Origin: Obrimoposthia wandeli
Taxonomy: Eukaryota
Direction: 5' to 3'
DNA: 64,000 nt
Assembly: GCA_977020255.1 (NCBI GenBank)
Contig: CDROCS010003444.1
Location: 1 to 64,000 of the forward strand
The notes beneath the pieces are model-generated. The model saw only the letters and a program-made list of their open reading frames with translations, ran no database searches and was not told the DNA's origin. Both the position numbers and the translations under genes were made by a program. Shown here in pieces: positions 60,392-64,000 of the stretch; within the stretch, counting starts at the first letter, position 1, and every line of letters begins with the position of its first letter.

Positions 60392-62774
60392 ACTTAATAA
60401 AACAGTGGCTAGTCAAAAAGAAATGCTCACGGCCAGTGCACAAAAACTGGCAACCGGTGTTGGCAAGAAGGTCGCTCATGAAAGTGCTGCTCGTCATATT
60501 ACTGGCGAAGCGATTTATATTGATGACCGCTTAGAATATCCAAATCAATTACATTTGTATCCAGTGTTAAGTGACGTTGCGCACGGTATTATCACTCATA
60601 TAAACATAGAACATTGCCTAAAAATAGCGGGCGTTGAGCGTGTTATTGTCGCTAAAGATATTCCCGGTGAATCAGACATTGGGCCGGTATTACCTGGAGA
60701 CCCTTTACTTGCTGATGATAAAGTTGAATATATTGGCCAAGTCATTGCAATTGTTGCCGCTAATTCACTAGCCATTGCTAAAAAAGCTGCGAGCTTAGTA
60801 CAAGTACAAATAACACCATTAGAAGCGGTTTTAGATGTAGTAAAAGCGCATAGCCTTAAACATTACGTTATGGACCCTCACAGCCACAGCATAGGGGATG
60901 CAAGCCTAGCATTAGCATCTGCGCAACACAGTATTAAAGGAGATCTAGAAATTGGTGGGCAAGAACATTTCTATTTAGAAACACAAATCTGCAGCACTGT
61001 CCCCACAGAAGAGGGTGGCATGTTGGTGTATACCTCTAGCCAACATCCCAGTGAAGTCCAAAAATTAGTCGCACAAGTGATTGGTGTTGCTCAACACAAA
61101 GTTATTGTCGATATGCGACGGATGGGCGGAGGCTTTGGCGGGAAAGAAACCCAAGCGGCACAACCTGCTTGCTTAGCTGCTTTAACCTCTTTTCTGACTG
61201 GCAAGCCGTGTAAAATGAGATTGCCGCGCGAACTTGATATGCGTATGACAGGTAAACGTCATCCTTTTGTGGTGCAGTTTGAGGTTGGCTTTAATGACCA
61301 AGGGCTGTTAAGTGGTTTAAAACTAGATTTATTAGCGGATTGTGGCTATTCCCCTGATCTTTCAGGCTCCATCGTTGACAGAGCGATGTTTCATGCCGAT
61401 AACGCTTACTATTTAGGTCACGCTGATATCACCGGTTATCGCTGTAAAACCCACCGCGCCTCCAATACTGCTTATCGCGGTTTTGGCGGCCCACAAGGTA
61501 TGGTTGCGATCGAAAACATCATGGATCATATAGCAAGGTATCTAAAGGCAGATCCACTTAGTGTTCGTAAATTAAATTACTACCAAAAAGACCATCGCAA
61601 TCTCACCCACTATGGGCAAGTAGTTGAAGGCAACTTACTTGATGAAATGACCGCGCAACTCGAAAAAAGCTGCGAATACCATCTAAGGCGCCAAGAAATA
61701 ACGCAGTTTAATAAGCACTCTGCTTTTATGAAGAAAGGCATTGCGCTAACACCTGTTAAGTTTGGTATTTCATTTACCGCTACTTTCCTCAATCAAGGCG
61801 GCGCATTAATCCATATTTATACCGACGGCAGCATTCACCTAAATCATGGTGGTACTGAAATGGGCCAAGGTTTGCACACTAAAGTTGCGCAAATTGTTGC
61901 TGAAGAATTTCAAGTAGACATACAGCATATTTTAGTTTCAGCAACCAATACCGATAAAGTGCCCAATACTTCCCCTACTGCCGCGTCATCTGGCACTGAT
62001 ATTAATGGGAAAGCGGCACAAAATGCTGCGCGCACAATCAAACAGCGCCTTATTAATTTCGCAGCTGAACACTACCAAGTTGCTACCGATAAAATCAGCT
62101 TCGCCAATAACCATGTAAAGCTTGATAACAAAGTCATCAGCTTTGTAGAACTAATACAACAGGCATATTTTGGCCAAGTTTCTCTGTCTAGCACTGGCTT
62201 TTACAAAACGCCAAAAATATTTTATGACCGTGAGAAAGCGTCAGGCACCCCTTTCTACTACTATTCTTATGGTATGTCTTGCTCTGAGGTGATCATAGAT
62301 ACCCTAACGGGCGAATACAAAGTGCTACGCGCTGATATTTTGCACGATGTAGGTGATTCACTAAACTCACGACTTGATATCGGACAAATTGAAGGCGGAT
62401 TTGTGCAAGGAATGGGTTGGATGACCACCGAAGAACTGGTTTGGAGCGATGAAGGAAAACTGCTCACCAGTAATCCAATGAGTTACAAAATCCCTGCAAT
62501 CACTGATATACCTAATGACTTTCGTGTGAAGCTGGTCGAAAATAGAAAGAATCCGCAAGATACTGTTTATCACTCTAAAGCGGTCGGTGAACCCCCTTTT
62601 ATGCTGGCTATTTCAGTATGGTGCGCACTTAAAGATGCAGTTGCAAGCCTTGATAACTATAAAACACAGCCGCGTTTGAACTCCCCTGCTACACCAGAGG
62701 CGGTATTGTGGGCTGTACAAGAAATATCTAATGGGCAAACTAATCTCCACCCACACGAACAGGTGAGCACTTGA
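60384..62774 (+). CDS. xdhB: Xanthine dehydrogenase molybdopterin-binding subunit
   Basis: GGQEHFYLE, RMGGGFGGKE, AYRGFGGPQG, GTEMGQG, AVGEPP. ATG 60384 overlaps the xdhA stop (track start 60312). Confidence 0.95.
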   Translation: MSKLNKTVASQKEMLTASAQKLATGVGKKVAHESAARHITGEAIYIDDRLEYPNQLHLYPVLSDVAHGIITHINIEHCLKIAGVERVIVAKDIPGESDIGPVLPGDPLLADDKVEYIGQVIAIVAANSLAIAKKAASLVQVQITPLEAVLDVVKAHSLKHYVMDPHSHSIGDASLALASAQHSIKGDLEIGGQEHFYLETQICSTVPTEEGGMLVYTSSQHPSEVQKLVAQVIGVAQHKVIVDMRRMGGGFGGKETQAAQPACLAALTSFLTGKPCKMRLPRELDMRMTGKRHPFVVQFEVGFNDQGLLSGLKLDLLADCGYSPDLSGSIVDRAMFHADNAYYLGHADITGYRCKTHRASNTAYRGFGGPQGMVAIENIMDHIARYLKADPLSVRKLNYYQKDHRNLTHYGQVVEGNLLDEMTAQLEKSCEYHLRRQEITQFNKHSAFMKKGIALTPVKFGISFTATFLNQGGALIHIYTDGSIHLNHGGTEMGQGLHTKVAQIVAEEFQVDIQHILVSATNTDKVPNTSPTAASSGTDINGKAAQNAARTIKQRLINFAAEHYQVATDKISFANNHVKLDNKVISFVELIQQAYFGQVSLSSTGFYKTPKIFYDREKASGTPFYYYSYGMSCSEVIIDTLTGEYKVLRADILHDVGDSLNSRLDIGQIEGGFVQGMGWMTTEELVWSDEGKLLTSNPMSYKIPAITDIPNDFRVKLVENRKNPQDTVYHSKAVGEPPFMLAISVWCALKDAVASLDNYKTQPRLNSPATPEAVLWAVQEISNGQTNLHPHEQVST

Positions 62775-63643
62775 ACCCTCATTGGAGTAAAACTTTAGAT
62801 CACTGCCAACAACAAGGCGAAGCTTGCGCGCTTGTCACTATTTTTTCCACAAAGGGATCTACGCCTAGAGAAAGTGGCAGTAAAATGCTTGTCACGCAAC
62901 AGCAAAGCTTTGCAAGTATAGGCGGTGGGCATTTAGAGCACCAAGCAATAAAGCTTGCACGCAAAATGCTAAAGGAACAAAACAACCAAGCGTTTATCAA
63001 TAGCTTTTCACTAGGTCCTAGCTTAGGCCAATGTTGCGGTGGCAGCGTAGAGCTACTATTTGAAGCTTTTTACCCGCCTCAGCATCATGTCGTGGTTTTT
63101 GGCGCAGGACATATTGCCAATGCTTTAATTCCAATTTTAGGACAACTGCCTTGCTCGGTCACTTGGATAGATTCACGTGCAGCACTTTTTACTAGCGCAA
63201 CTGCGGATAACACCCACACTATTATTAGCGATGATGTTGTCGCTGAGGTGGACAAAATACCCAACAATAGTTATGTATTAGTCATGACACATAATCACCA
63301 GCTAGATCAAAATTTATGTGAAAGCTTACTAAACAGGCAAGACTGTAGTTTTATTGGGGTGATTGGTTCGAAAACTAAACAGAAAAAATTCAAACTGCGC
63401 TTACAGCACAAAAACTTCACAGCACAACAGGTAGATAGTATCTGCTGTCCTATAGGTTTGAGTAGCATGAGTGGTAAACTGCCCATGGAAATTGCGGTGA
63501 GTGTCAGCGCGCAATTTATCAATTTTTATCAAAGTAAAACCGCCGCAAATTTGACTTTGATTAACACTAAAAATAGCTCAGCTGTGCGCCGCCCTCTAGA
63601 GGCTGTCGTAAAGATAGCGAGCGATAATAAGACAAGGCTATAA
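62771..63643 (+). CDS. xdhC: Xanthine dehydrogenase accessory protein
   Basis: GSTPRESGSKM, IGGGHLE, LGQCCGG, FGAGH, MTHNHQLD, CPIGL, KLPMEIAVSV. Confidence 0.93.
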   Translation: MNPHWSKTLDHCQQQGEACALVTIFSTKGSTPRESGSKMLVTQQQSFASIGGGHLEHQAIKLARKMLKEQNNQAFINSFSLGPSLGQCCGGSVELLFEAFYPPQHHVVVFGAGHIANALIPILGQLPCSVTWIDSRAALFTSATADNTHTIISDDVVAEVDKIPNNSYVLVMTHNHQLDQNLCESLLNRQDCSFIGVIGSKTKQKKFKLRLQHKNFTAQQVDSICCPIGLSSMSGKLPMEIAVSVSAQFINFYQSKTAANLTLINTKNSSAVRRPLEAVVKIASDNKTRL

Positions 63644-63783
63644 TCGTCAAAATAGCAGTATTGACGGGTGTAAATGAGCATATTGATCTGGCTTTTAACG
63701 ACGTATTCTTAAGTGCAGTTATCGTGCCCTTCCGATAAGTTTTACATCACCCTCTTTAATCAACTAATAGTTAAGAGACTACT

Positions 63784-64000
63784 ATGAACAACACCTTTAC
63801 TGCTCACCGTGCAGCTATATTCCACTCACTTGCCGACCCCGATTTACAGGGAGTTGAAGGTTCATATCAATATTTCGAAGATGGTTTACTGATTCTTAAA
63901 GGGGGGTTAATTGAACAAATTGGCGATGCAAAATCATTAATTGCGCAAAACCCTACACTCGATATTACAGAGCACCACAACAAGCTCATTGTGCCAGGTT
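63784..64000 (+). CDS. guaD: Guanine deaminase, 5' partial
   Basis: Manual translation MNNTFTAHRAAIFHSLADP...YQYFEDGLL...G.IEQIG...KLIVPG, plus position after xdhC. Confidence 0.8.
   Translation, partial: MNNTFTAHRAAIFHSLADPDLQGVEGSYQYFEDGLLILKGGLIEQIGDAKSLIAQNPTLDITEHHNKLIVPG

Noticed and set aside
669-63522. Numerous short ORFs antisense to or nested in long genes (e.g. 669-1007, 28054-28491, 48185-48508, 58837-59247)
   Set aside because: They are shadow ORFs of well-supported genes on the opposite strand or in another frame, with no motifs.

Overview
AT-rich bacterial chromosome segment. The gene set (rbgA, ybiT, ygiM-type SH3, xdhABC-guaD, MCPs) suggests a marine gammaproteobacterium; this is inferred, not verified. 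No rRNA, tRNA or CRISPR array was found. Layout: (1) 1-3.6 kb, alkA-like (partial), small basic protein, rbgA, ybiT. (2) 4.2-12.2 kb, a decayed accessory island with GGDEF and IS3 fragments, a 994-aa Cache/HAMP/HD-GYP protein, ArsR plus an amber-interrupted dehalogenase-like hydrolase, a GFA pseudogene and an IS1595-family element with an 8-bp TSD. (3) 12.8-23.6 kb, a corrinoid-dependent methyl-transfer cluster: non-pyrrolysine MttB, GlxA/GbdR-type regulator, RACE/ASKHA activase, pterin-binding methyltransferase, MetF, MetV-like, DUF1638, corrinoid protein, plus a gamma-butyrobetaine dioxygenase-like gene. (4) 24-30.9 kb, a second ybiT paralog, a 990-aa class-V aminotransferase/2-hydroxyacid dehydrogenase fusion and a glycerate kinase. 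(5) 31-46 kb, mixed genes including a stand-alone trpBA facing a TetR gene. (6) 46-52.5 kb, a CUT1 sugar-type ABC transporter with a PLP trans-sulfuration-family lyase and a FadR regulator. (7) 54-64 kb, HDAC-family gene, MCP, GntR, xdhABC and guaD. Four copies of a ~150-bp MITE-like element and several VNTRs or direct repeats lie in intergenic DNA. Best candidates for undescribed biology are the aminotransferase-dehydrogenase fusion with glycerate kinase (a possible serine-to-2-phosphoglycerate route), its possible coupling to B12-dependent betaine demethylation, and complementary charged tails among the methyl-transfer proteins. All family calls are by-eye motif recognition; no searches were run.
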